From: Trueperaceae bacterium
GTDB lineage: Bacteria; Deinococcota; Deinococci; Deinococcales; Trueperaceae
DNA: 64,000 nt
Assembly (NCBI GenBank): GCA_965214405.1
Contig: OZ243956.1
Coordinates: 3,168,001 to 3,232,000, forward strand
Direction: 5' to 3'
The notes beneath the pieces were generated by a model. The model worked only from the letters and a program-made list of their open reading frames with translations. It had not been told where the DNA came from and did not search any database. Positions 34,232 through 43,347 of the stretch are shown piece by piece (position 1 is the first letter of the stretch; each line of letters starts with the position of its first letter). A program made the translations under genes and the position numbers.

Positions 34232-34941
34232 GCGCTCATCGTACCGTTCTGTCGCCGAACGCGTCCCATATCGGGTCTATGAGGGTGGCTGAGCGGGGAC
34301 AACTCACCCAAGCTTATAGACGCGCCTGTCGAGCGGAGGTAGCAAGATGCGGCGCGAGGCTGAGGAGTTAAAACAGAGGGGTGGGGGACGGCCCGATGGC
34401 GCTGGAAGTTAACGGGGTGCGGGCGCTGGGTAGAGCGCAAGAGAGCGCTCGTCCGGGTATAAAAATTAAAACCACCATGCGCTACCCCGCCGCTTCTCCG
34501 GGTCAGAGGTGGCTACTCACGGACGTACGCGAAGTTTAGCTAAGTTCTGTTGACTTTTCAGACTACATTTACGAGTTTTGCCGTGCTGCGCGCGAAGCAG
34601 GAAGGTTTGTGGGGCGCGGAGACTTACCACGTCTCGAGGTTGAACGATTGTCTCAATTAAATGATTTTCCTCAGTACACGACAAAAAATGGTTTTGCAAG
34701 TCTGGAACGGGCTGTTAAGTCCTCTGAAAAGTAGTGCTCGTCTCCTTCATGACTACTGTCTAGGGTGATGTTCAAGGCGATTTACCTTGTCATGCTCCTG
34801 CGGACAAAAACGCTCTTCTCGGGCTTATACAACAAATCATGTTTTGGACGGGATTTCTAAAGAATTGTCGTATACTAAGATGATTTTCCCAAAGAGCGAC
34901 GTCAACACGACTGAGTTCAGTTTCCCTCAGCGAAACGGGTC

Positions 34942-35610
34942 TCAGCGTCCCCGCGGCAGATACTTTTCCCAGATCGGGTCGATGTTGGGCAAAATCCCGT
35001 AGGCCGACGAGAAGAGGAATCTCGGCGCGTAGGGGCGGCGGCGCAGGGTCATGCGCGCCTCTTCGGGGGTGCGGTCGCGCTTTTTGGCGTTGCAGCGCCT
35101 GCAACAGGCGACGACGTTTTCCCAGGCCGTCGCGCCGCCCCTCGAGCGCGGCAGCACGTGGTCTAAGGTTAAGTCGCTACTCTTAAAGCCGCAATACTGG
35201 CAGGCGTGGTCGTCGCGCCGAAATACGTTTTTGCGGTTAAAGGCGACGCGGTGGCGCGGGGGACGCTTGACAAAGCGTTTGAGGCGAATCACGCTGGGGA
35301 CCGGGAACGTTTGCGAGGGTGAACGCAAGACGCGGTCGCTGTCCTCGATGCGTTCGGCCACCTCGAGCATGATCAGCCCCACCGCCCGCTTGACCGAGCA
35401 AACGTGCAAGGGCTCGTACGAGGCGTTGAGGATAAGAACCCTCGCCGCGTTGAGGTTGCGAATCGGCTTGAGGCCGTCCGCGTCGGCTTCGCCCGCGTCA
35501 TCCTCTAAGGGGTCGAAGTCGTCCTCGGCGGGGCCTAAGTCAAAATCCAGGTCGTGTGAGGCCGGATCGTATGAGGCCGGGTTGTCTGAGACAATGTCCT
35601 CGTCTAACAT
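34942..35610 (-). CDS. HNH endonuclease (McrA-like) with acidic N-terminal extension
   Basis: LILNASYEPL, RDDHACQYCG, TLDHVLPRSRGG, WENVVACCRRCN motifs. Confidence 0.92.
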   Translation of the reverse strand: MLDEDIVSDNPASYDPASHDLDFDLGPAEDDFDPLEDDAGEADADGLKPIRNLNAARVLILNASYEPLHVCSVKRAVGLIMLEVAERIEDSDRVLRSPSQTFPVPSVIRLKRFVKRPPRHRVAFNRKNVFRRDDHACQYCGFKSSDLTLDHVLPRSRGGATAWENVVACCRRCNAKKRDRTPEEARMTLRRRPYAPRFLFSSAYGILPNIDPIWEKYLPRGR

Positions 35611-35716
35611 GATGAAGACCAGTATACCCCAGATGCGTCATCAGTCTGTCTCGTTCGCCAACGCGCTATTAAGGATTTCTTCAAACATTTCCCCCAACGC
35701 TTTTCAAGCGTTCATG

Positions 35717-36730
35717 TTAACGTTGCTCTAGGGCGAGCTCGAGCAGCCTCTTCACAAGCTCCCCGTAAGGCACGCCCGCCGCTTCCCAAAGTTTGGGGTA
35801 CATGCTCGTGGCGGTAAAACCCGGCATGGTGTTGATTTCGTTGAGCAGGAGCGTGCCGTCTTCTAAATAAAAGAAATCCACCCGCGCGAGCCCCGCCGCG
35901 TCCACCGCCTCAAAGGCTTTCAGGGCCAAAGCTTGACAGCGTTCAGCCAACCCCTCAGGAATCTTTGCCGGGATGACGAGGTCGGCCTGGCCCTCGGTAT
36001 ATTTGGTGTCGTAGTCGTAAAAATCGCTGCTAAAAGAGATTTCGCCCACCGGACTCGTGCGCGGCGCGTCGTTGCCGAGGACGCCGACCTCGAGCTCCCT
36101 CGCCCCCGCTACCCCCTGCTCGACAATGATGCGCCGGTCAAAGCGGGCCGCCTCGTCCAGGGCGCGGCGCAGGCTCGTTTCGTCCGTCGCCTTGGAAATG
36201 CCCACCGACGAACCCAGGTTGGCAGGTTTGACGAACAAGGGAAAGGTGAGGCCGCGCAACTCCTCCAACACCCGCTCCGGTTCGCGCCCCCAGTCGCCGC
36301 GCCTGACGCCGCGGTAGGGCACCTGGGGGAGGCCGTGCGCGGCAAAAACCGCCTTCATCATGAGCTTGTCCATACCCACGGCGCTGCCCAAGACGCCCGA
36401 ACCCACAAAAGGCAAGCCCATGATTTTGAGGAGCCCCTGCACGCTGCCGTCTTCACCAAAGGGCCCGTGGAGAAGGGGAAACACGAGGTCAAAGGGTTCT
36501 TTGGGAAGCGTTTGAAGCCCGCCGTTGGTTGAGTTGTTGGGCGAGGTGCCCACCTCGAGCGCCCGCCCGGACGCTTCAGCCGTGAGCACGTTTCCCGCAC
36601 GGTCAATCACCAACGGCGTGAGGTCGAAGCGCTCTCCAGCCGCCCGCACCACCGACCGCGCCGACGCCAAACTCACCGCGTGCTCGTCCGACTGACCGCC
36701 GCAGAGGAGGAGGACGCGGGGGCGCGTCAT
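35717..36730 (-). CDS. ddl: D-alanine--D-alanine ligase
   Basis: GGQSDEHAVS, LHGPFGEDG, KPANLGSSVG, NEINTMPG motifs. Confidence 0.97.
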   Translation of the reverse strand: MTRPRVLLLCGGQSDEHAVSLASARSVVRAAGERFDLTPLVIDRAGNVLTAEASGRALEVGTSPNNSTNGGLQTLPKEPFDLVFPLLHGPFGEDGSVQGLLKIMGLPFVGSGVLGSAVGMDKLMMKAVFAAHGLPQVPYRGVRRGDWGREPERVLEELRGLTFPLFVKPANLGSSVGISKATDETSLRRALDEAARFDRRIIVEQGVAGARELEVGVLGNDAPRTSPVGEISFSSDFYDYDTKYTEGQADLVIPAKIPEGLAERCQALALKAFEAVDAAGLARVDFFYLEDGTLLLNEINTMPGFTATSMYPKLWEAAGVPYGELVKRLLELALEQR

Positions 36731-36874
36731 GAAAACGTCTCTACAAGCACGTTTATGAAAATTCTGATATTTGTGTGTAACTTACACATCTTACAGCATA
36801 CTGTAGACGCTTTTTTGCCTCGAGTCAAGGCGCCGACACCTTTACCCCCTACCTCTCTACGCCCTATCTCCCCA

Positions 36875-37645
36875 TCACCGCCAAGTCGGCTCCCGCTTCT
36901 CCAGAAAGGCGGCAACGCCCTCTTTCAAGTCGTCCGTGGTGCGGGCCAAAGCGTTGACTTCGGTGGCGTAGCGCAGGCCCTCGAGCAGCCCCAGACCCGG
37001 CACGCTCGCCAGGAGCGCCTTGGTCATGGCGAGAGAACTCGGCGCGTTTTTTGCCATTCTAGAGGCTCGAGCCACGGCGCGCTCCAGCACCGCGTCCGGC
37101 GGCGCAGTTTCGTTCACCAGTCCTATCGTCGCGGCTTCCTTGGCATCGACCAGACGCGCGGAAAGCAGGAGGTCTCGAGCGCGCTTCTCGCCCACCTGCC
37201 GCATCAAAAAAACGCCGACCAGGGCCGCGACAAAACCGATGCGCGCTTCTGTATACCCGATTTTGGCCCCCTCGCTCATCACCGCCACATCACAGACCGA
37301 GACGAGCCCCGCGCCGCCCGCGACGGCGGGGCCGTTGACCGCGGCTACCGTCGGCTTAGGATGGGTGTAGAGCGTCAGGAAAAGCTCGGCGAGTCGCGCG
37401 GAGTCGTCACGGTTGGCCTCGGTCGACTTTTCGCTCAAGCTCTGGAGGTCGGCGAGGTCGAGACCCGCGCAAAAGGCCCCGCCGGAACCCGTCAGGACGA
37501 GCGCGCGCACGTTGTCGTCATGCTTGGCGGCAGTAAGCGCCTCCGACAGAGCTTCCCTTGAAGAGTTGTTCAGCGCGTTCCGTACCTCCGGGCGGTTGAG
37601 CGTGAGGATGCGGACGCCGTCGTCATCTTGTAAAAGTAGAGACAT
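36875..37645 (-). CDS. Enoyl-CoA hydratase/isomerase family (methylglutaconyl-CoA hydratase-like)
   Basis: LNRPEVRNAL, FCAGLDL, AVAGGAG, EGVAAFLEKR motifs. Confidence 0.9.
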   Translation of the reverse strand: MSLLLQDDDGVRILTLNRPEVRNALNNSSREALSEALTAAKHDDNVRALVLTGSGGAFCAGLDLADLQSLSEKSTEANRDDSARLAELFLTLYTHPKPTVAAVNGPAVAGGAGLVSVCDVAVMSEGAKIGYTEARIGFVAALVGVFLMRQVGEKRARDLLLSARLVDAKEAATIGLVNETAPPDAVLERAVARASRMAKNAPSSLAMTKALLASVPGLGLLEGLRYATEVNALARTTDDLKEGVAAFLEKREPTWR

Positions 37646-37716
37646 ACGCCATTGTATGTTAGCCCTTGTAAGCCGATCTTCGCCGCAGCCCGAACTTTAC
37701 TCATCAGAGCTAAAGC

Positions 37717-37747
37717 TAACCACTCACCACTAGCCACTCATCACTAT
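37717..37747. repeat. Short 7-mer tandem repeat (TAACCAC/TCACCAC/TAGCCAC/TCATCAC)
   Basis: Four degenerate heptamers in the divergent intergenic region. Confidence 0.6.
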
Positions 37748-37881
37748 CAAAGTCCACTCGAGCTAAAGGCCTGATGAAGCGCCCGCCGCCCCAACGGTAT
37801 GGTGTATGACAGAGCCGCCCCTACTGCCGTGCTTTACTCCAAATGTAGAATTAGTCACACAAACTTGACTAGGAGGTTGAT

Positions 37882-38799
37882 ATGAGAAAGTTTGGTGTTT
37901 TACTCCTCGCGCTTCTCGCGCTGGGCTTTGGTTTCGCCCAAAAGGGACCCATCACGGTGGGCTCGAAAATCGACACCGAGGGTTCAGTCTTGGCGCAGAT
38001 TGTGCGGCTGATGCTCGAGGCGAACGATTTCCAGATAGACGACCGCTCGGGCTTCGGCACCACCTCGGTTGTGCGCGAGGCGCTGCTCGCGGGTGAGATC
38101 GACTTGTACCCCGAGTACACGGGTAGTGCGCTCACCTTTTTCCCGAATGCGGACCTGCCCGAAGGCGTCTCGACAAACGCCGATGAACTCTACAACACGG
38201 TGGAGGAACTCGACTTAGAGCAAAACAATGTCGTCTGGCTCGACCGCGCGCCCGCCAACAACACCTGGGCCATCGCGGTGCCCGAGGCGTTGGCGCAAGA
38301 GAACAACCTCTCGACCATCGCGGATTTGGCGGATTATATCAACAACGGCGGAGAGTTCAAGCTCGCCGCCAGCCAGGAATTTGTCGACCGTGACGACGCC
38401 CTCAAAGCCTTTGAGGCGACCTACGGCTTCGACGTGACGAGCGACCAGCTCGTGATTCTGGCGGGCGGCAACACCACCCAAACCGAAACGGCGGCGGCGC
38501 GGGGCACGGACGGCGTGAACGCGGCGATGGCCTACGGCACCGACGGCGGCATCTCGGCGCTCGGGCTCGTCGCGCTCACCGACCCCGAGGGGGCCGTGGC
38601 GATCTATCAACCCGCGCCCACCGTGCGCGGCGAAGTGTTTGAAGCGTATCCCGAACTGGCCGACATCTTAAACCCGGTGTTTGCGACGCTCGACGAAAGC
38701 ACGCTCTCGAGCCTCAACGCCCGCGTCGCGGTGGACGGCGAAAACCCCACCGACGTGGCGCGCGACTACCTCACGTCCGCGGGCCTTCTCAACGAGTAG
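37882..38799 (+). CDS. osmF: Osmoprotectant ABC transporter substrate-binding protein (OsmF/YehZ-like)
   Basis: Signal peptide, VGSKIDTEG, YPEYTG, ANNTWAIA, AMAYGTDG motifs. Confidence 0.9.
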   Translation: MRKFGVLLLALLALGFGFAQKGPITVGSKIDTEGSVLAQIVRLMLEANDFQIDDRSGFGTTSVVREALLAGEIDLYPEYTGSALTFFPNADLPEGVSTNADELYNTVEELDLEQNNVVWLDRAPANNTWAIAVPEALAQENNLSTIADLADYINNGGEFKLAASQEFVDRDDALKAFEATYGFDVTSDQLVILAGGNTTQTETAAARGTDGVNAAMAYGTDGGISALGLVALTDPEGAVAIYQPAPTVRGEVFEAYPELADILNPVFATLDESTLSSLNARVAVDGENPTDVARDYLTSAGLLNE

Positions 38800-38879
38800 G
38801 GCTGTTCAGGCGCGTTAAGTTTAGCCAATTTCTGAGGCTGAGGAGGACCTCCTCGGCCTCTTCATATTTTGGGGGATGA

Positions 38880-40358
38880 ATGACCCTGAATCAACGGGTA
38901 AGGCTGATACGCGGACCTATAACTAAGCTGATAACCAAGCTGACGCGCTGGGTCAACCCGGTGGCGCTGGTGAGCGGTGTTATCGGCGGCGTTGCGCTCC
39001 TCGCCCTGCCGTTTTTCAGCCCCGGTTGGCTGCTTTTCAAGGCTAACCGTCTGGTCGAGGGAACCGCTTACAGTGCGCCCGCGCTCTCGCTCTCCTGGAC
39101 GCTTCTCCTGGGAGCGCTCTGGCTCGTCGTCTTTTTGGCTGGCTTTTTTCCCTTCCGAGGCCGACCCTGGGTGCTCGCCTACGCGGCGTCGGCGGGGCTG
39201 GTCGTGGCGGTGCTCTTTATCGGTCGGGGCACGGCGGGGCTGCTGGCGGAGGCGGGCTCGAGCGCGCGTGTATCGCTCGAGGGCGGCGTCTGGCTCACGC
39301 TCCTCGCCTACTACGTCGGCATCTTCGCCGCACTCAACGAGGCGGGCGGCGCACGGTTCCGGGGCGCGCTCATGGTCGCGCCGGGGCTTGCCGTGGTGCT
39401 CGTGCTCATCCTTACAGGCACGCTGAACGGCCTTGGGCTGGCGAAAGAACTCGCCAACGGCAGCGGCGACTTCCGCGCGGAGGTGGCGCGGCATCTTGCA
39501 CTTTCGGGGACGAGCGTCCTTTTGGCCGCCATATTTGGCGTGCCCGCAGCTATCTGGGCGGCGCGTCGTGAGGAGGTGGCGCGTTTTGTCTTGCCGACCG
39601 CGAGCCTTTTGCAGACGCTGCCGTCGCTGGCGCTGTTCGGCATCATGCTGGCCCCGCTAGCGCGGCTCGGGGGAAGCGTCACCGTGGGTGAGGCGCTACT
39701 GGTGATGCTGGCTGGGGTTATAGGCGTTGGGCTGCTCCTCATAGGGTTGCGCTTTTTGAAGGATAGGGTGCGGCCCCTCGAGACCGCTTTACGAATCGCA
39801 ACCGTCCTCATAGCGCTCGCGCCCGCAGCGCTCTTTGTCGTGATTGTGGCGGTGGTTTTGAATGAACTCGTCGTGGCCCTCTTCCGATTTTCCTTTGACG
39901 GCGTAACCCTTTGGGCCGGACTCGGTGCGCCCTTGTCCACTTTGGGCGTCCGGGGCATCGGCAGCGCGCCCGCGCTCATCGCGCTCACGCTCTACGCGCT
40001 CCTGCCGATTGTCCGCAACACCTACACGGGCGTCGTCGAGGTGCCCAAGGCGGCCACCGAAGCGGGGCGCGGCATGGGCATGAGTCCGGGGCAGATTTTG
40101 CGCCGCGTTGAGCTGCCCCTGGCGCTGCCCTTAATCGTCGAGGGTCTGCGCGCCTCGGCGGTCCTGACCATCGGCATCACCACGGTGGCGTATCTTATCG
40201 GCGCGGGGGGCCTGGGCACCTTTATTCAGCGCGGCATCGACCAGGTAGTCCCCGACCTTATTTTGTTGGGGGCGATACCGATTATTCTGTTGGCGCTACT
40301 GGTTGACGGGCTCCTGCGCGCGGTGGGGCTCCTGCTGACGCCTCGAGGGATTCGGTAG
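38880..40358 (+). CDS. Osmoprotectant ABC permease (YehY-like)
   Basis: QTLPSLALFG, YALLPIVRNT, EAGRGMGM (EAA loop), GAGGLG motifs. Confidence 0.88.
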   Translation: MTLNQRVRLIRGPITKLITKLTRWVNPVALVSGVIGGVALLALPFFSPGWLLFKANRLVEGTAYSAPALSLSWTLLLGALWLVVFLAGFFPFRGRPWVLAYAASAGLVVAVLFIGRGTAGLLAEAGSSARVSLEGGVWLTLLAYYVGIFAALNEAGGARFRGALMVAPGLAVVLVLILTGTLNGLGLAKELANGSGDFRAEVARHLALSGTSVLLAAIFGVPAAIWAARREEVARFVLPTASLLQTLPSLALFGIMLAPLARLGGSVTVGEALLVMLAGVIGVGLLLIGLRFLKDRVRPLETALRIATVLIALAPAALFVVIVAVVLNELVVALFRFSFDGVTLWAGLGAPLSTLGVRGIGSAPALIALTLYALLPIVRNTYTGVVEVPKAATEAGRGMGMSPGQILRRVELPLALPLIVEGLRASAVLTIGITTVAYLIGAGGLGTFIQRGIDQVVPDLILLGAIPIILLALLVDGLLRAVGLLLTPRGIR

Positions 40359-40397
40359 GTGAGAGGTGAAAGAGATGCGTAGACGAGTGGGTGAGGC

Positions 40398-41549
40398 GTG
40401 ATTAGGCTCGAGCGTGTAAGCAAGCACTACGGTGAGGTGACAGCCGTTCGAGAGGTCGATTTGGAGGTCGAGGCGGGCAAGTTGGTCGTCCTCATCGGCC
40501 CGTCGGGCTGTGGCAAGACAACCACGTTGAAGATGATCAACCGCCTTATTGAGCCCTCTGAAGGCGCGATTCATGTCAACGGCGAGGACACGCGGTCGCT
40601 CGACCCGCAGGCGTTGCGGCGCGGCATCGGCTACGTGATTCAGAGCATCGGGCTGTTCCCGCACATGAGCGTCAAGCAAAATATCCAGGTGGTGCCCGAC
40701 CTGCTGGGCTGGCCCAAAAAACGGAGCGCGGCCAGGGCGGACGAGCTTTTGAGCCTCATCGGTTTGCCGCCCGAGCGCTACCGCGACGCCTACCCGCGCG
40801 AACTTTCGGGCGGCCAGGCGCAGCGGGTGGGGGTGGCGCGGGCGCTGGCCGTGGACCCGCCCGTGCTTTTGATGGACGAGCCCTTCGGCGCGGTGGACCC
40901 GCTCACCCGCGAGAGGCTGCAAGACGAGTTTTTGCGGCTCCAGGCGGAACTGCGTAAAACCATCGTGATGGTCACACACGACATTGACGAGGCCATCAAG
41001 CTGGGCGACATGGTCTGCGTCATGAACGCCGGGCGCGTCGAGCAGTACAGCACGCCCGAGAGGCTGCTCTCTCACCCCGAGAGCCGCTTCGTGCGGCAGT
41101 TCGTCGGCTCCGACCGCGCGCTCAAACGCCTCAGCCGGATACACGTCGGGGACATCATGACCGATATCTCCTCGCTGGCTGCCAACGCGTCGTCGGAGGA
41201 AGCGGAGCGGGCGCTTAAACGTCACCGGACGGTCTACGTCACCCGCGACGGGCGGCTGGCGGGCTGGCTCGACCGCAAAGCCTTCGCGCACGACCGCCAC
41301 GTCGAGAGCGCTCACACCGAGGTGGACGCCGCGACGTCCGCGGTAGACACTCACGACAACGCGCGCGAAGCGCTCTCCAAGATGCTCGGCCAGGGCGTCA
41401 TCGAGATGCCTGTGGTGGGGGAGGACGGTAAACTTTTGGGGCTCGTGACGCTCCAAACCATCGTGGCGCTCACCGCTGAGCGGGAGGGGGATGGTGAGGA
41501 GCCTCGAGCGGGCGAGAGCGTGAGCTTGGGTGGGGGAGACCGTGCGTAG
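40398..41549 (+). CDS. Osmoprotectant ABC ATP-binding protein with CBS-like C-terminus (YehX/OpuCA-like)
   Basis: GPSGCGKTT, LSGGQ, LMDEPFGA motifs. Confidence 0.93.
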   Translation: MIRLERVSKHYGEVTAVREVDLEVEAGKLVVLIGPSGCGKTTTLKMINRLIEPSEGAIHVNGEDTRSLDPQALRRGIGYVIQSIGLFPHMSVKQNIQVVPDLLGWPKKRSAARADELLSLIGLPPERYRDAYPRELSGGQAQRVGVARALAVDPPVLLMDEPFGAVDPLTRERLQDEFLRLQAELRKTIVMVTHDIDEAIKLGDMVCVMNAGRVEQYSTPERLLSHPESRFVRQFVGSDRALKRLSRIHVGDIMTDISSLAANASSEEAERALKRHRTVYVTRDGRLAGWLDRKAFAHDRHVESAHTEVDAATSAVDTHDNAREALSKMLGQGVIEMPVVGEDGKLLGLVTLQTIVALTAEREGDGEEPRAGESVSLGGGDRA

Positions 41550-42288
41550 GAGGCGCGCCTGGGGCGGCTTGGCCTTGGCGCTCCTACTTTTCGGCGCGCT
41601 CCTGGTGCTCTTGGCCCAGCAGGCGTGGTGGCGCGCGGCGCTGGGGGCGCTTTTTCCCGAGCAGCGCACGATTCTCTTTGAGCGCAACACGCTTTTTGAA
41701 CTCACCTTACAGCACCTCGTTATCGTTGGCATCGCCGTCGCCATCATCTTGCTTATCGGCTTGCCGCTGGGCGTGTGGCTCACCAGGCCGAGCGGGCGCG
41801 CCTTTTTACCCCTCGCCTCGAACCTGCTCTCGGTCGGTCAGACCTTCCCGCCCGTCGCGGTGCTCGCGCTCGCGCTGCCCTACTTCGGCTTTGGCTTGCA
41901 GCCGACGCTTATTGCATTGGTGGCTTACGGGCTCCTGCCCGTCACGCGCAACACCATCGCGGGGCTTCAGGGGGTGCCGCCCGACCTTTTGGAGGCGGCC
42001 AAGGGCATGGGCATGGGGCCTTGGCGTTCGCTTTTTCGGCTCGAGCTCCCCCTCGCTACCCGCGTCATCTTGGCGGGCGTCCGCACGAGCGTCATTTACA
42101 CCATCGGCACCGCGACGGTCGCGCCCATCATCGGCGCGGGCGGCCTCGGCGTGCCGATCATCGCGGGGCTGGCGGTGAGTAATCTCTCATTGGTGCTCGA
42201 GGGCGCACTGCCCGTGGCGCTTCTGGCGCTCACCACGGATTTTGCGTTGGGGCGGCTCGAGCTGGCCCTCTCGCCTGCGGACAGTTGA
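41530..42288 (+). CDS. Osmoprotectant ABC permease (YehW-like)
   Basis: GQTFPPVAVLAL, EAAKGMGM, GAGGLG motifs. Confidence 0.9.
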   Translation: MGETVRRRRAWGGLALALLLFGALLVLLAQQAWWRAALGALFPEQRTILFERNTLFELTLQHLVIVGIAVAIILLIGLPLGVWLTRPSGRAFLPLASNLLSVGQTFPPVAVLALALPYFGFGLQPTLIALVAYGLLPVTRNTIAGLQGVPPDLLEAAKGMGMGPWRSLFRLELPLATRVILAGVRTSVIYTIGTATVAPIIGAGGLGVPIIAGLAVSNLSLVLEGALPVALLALTTDFALGRLELALSPADS

Positions 42289-42362
42289 ATAGTATGTTTG
42301 ACAAATGAACGTTTATCTGCTATACATTATTCTGATAAATGAGTTTTGTTAAGAGGTTATGT

Positions 42363-42878
42363 ATGGCAGACACCGCCGAAAGATTATCCGACCTTCAAGT
42401 TCAGTGGGACCCCCTTCCCGAGGCGCTCACGAGCGTTACCGGCTTCATGCTCTACTGGGTCACGGGTTTGGCTGGGCAATTCTATACGCGAGCGGTTGGC
42501 ACGGTGGGGCTAGAACCTCAGCAGGTCGCTGCCTTGCAACTTTTGGCGCTCGAGGGACCCAGAGTGCAAGCGAGACTCGCCGAGCGACTGCGTATCAACA
42601 AGGCGACGATGGTGGGTATTCTCAACAGTCTTGAGGAGAAAGGCTTGGTCGAGCGCCGTCCCTATGCGAGTGACAAACGCGCGCTGGAAGTTCATCCGAC
42701 AGAAGCGGGGAGAGAAAAGGCCGAGGAGGTCGCGCGGGTCAACGCGGAAGCGGACCGCATCTTCTTTGGGGCTTTGAGTGACGAAGAGCGCCACACTTTT
42801 CACGCGCTTCTTTCAAAGCTTGCGACGAGTCGGTCATTGTCTGATAGAGGGGATAAGCATGACCACACAAACGCTTAG
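42363..42878 (+). CDS. MarR family transcriptional regulator
   Basis: wHTH QARLAERL..KATMV..L..LEEKGLVER...DKRA; TTGACA/TATACA promoter upstream. Confidence 0.9.
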   Translation: MADTAERLSDLQVQWDPLPEALTSVTGFMLYWVTGLAGQFYTRAVGTVGLEPQQVAALQLLALEGPRVQARLAERLRINKATMVGILNSLEEKGLVERRPYASDKRALEVHPTEAGREKAEEVARVNAEADRIFFGALSDEERHTFHALLSKLATSRSLSDRGDKHDHTNA

Positions 42879-43269
42879 AACAGAGCGCCAGGGTTACGTC
42901 AGGGTGGCGCGTTGGTCTTTTGTCACCGCCTGCTGGCTCTACGCCGTGGGGGTGACGCTGCAAGTTTTCTGCATCGGTATGGTGTTTCTGGCAGGACAAG
43001 GAGGGTGGTTGGGGCTTCACCGCACCGTAGGGCACAGCATCGGATTTTTTGCCATTTTGGCGCTTCTGAGCGGCTTATTCGCTCGGCTACCCTGGCGGCT
43101 GCTTATGGGGGCTCTGGGTCTTTTCCTCTTGCACGGTCTTCAGTACGCGTTTCTCGAGGCGAGCGGCGGCTCGTTTGTACGGGCGTTTCACGCGGTGGAC
43201 GCGGTGCTCTTGTTTTGGCTGGCAATGTCTTTGGCCCAGCAGGCCCGGCGGGTGTTGGGGCGAGGATGA
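42859..43269 (+). CDS. Small membrane protein (DUF6220-like)
   Basis: Four TM segments with conserved-looking Q and H residues (LQVF..G, LHRTVG, LQY, FHAVDA). Confidence 0.65.
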   Translation: MTTQTLRTERQGYVRVARWSFVTACWLYAVGVTLQVFCIGMVFLAGQGGWLGLHRTVGHSIGFFAILALLSGLFARLPWRLLMGALGLFLLHGLQYAFLEASGGSFVRAFHAVDAVLLFWLAMSLAQQARRVLGRG

Positions 43270-43347
43270 GTACGCGGTGCAGCGTACAGCATCTCGTGCT
43301 GAGGCGTCCCTAAGTTGAACCGACATCAACAGCATCTACAACAACAT

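Noticed and set aside
34232..34941. 700-bp intergenic region with short ORFs and weak hairpins
   Set aside because: No recognisable RNA family or protein motif, so no feature can be supported.
34942..35610. HNH nuclease as a mobile or defence element
   Set aside because: It looks like the common stand-alone chromosomal HNH family, with no methylase, intron, repeats or other defence genes next to it.
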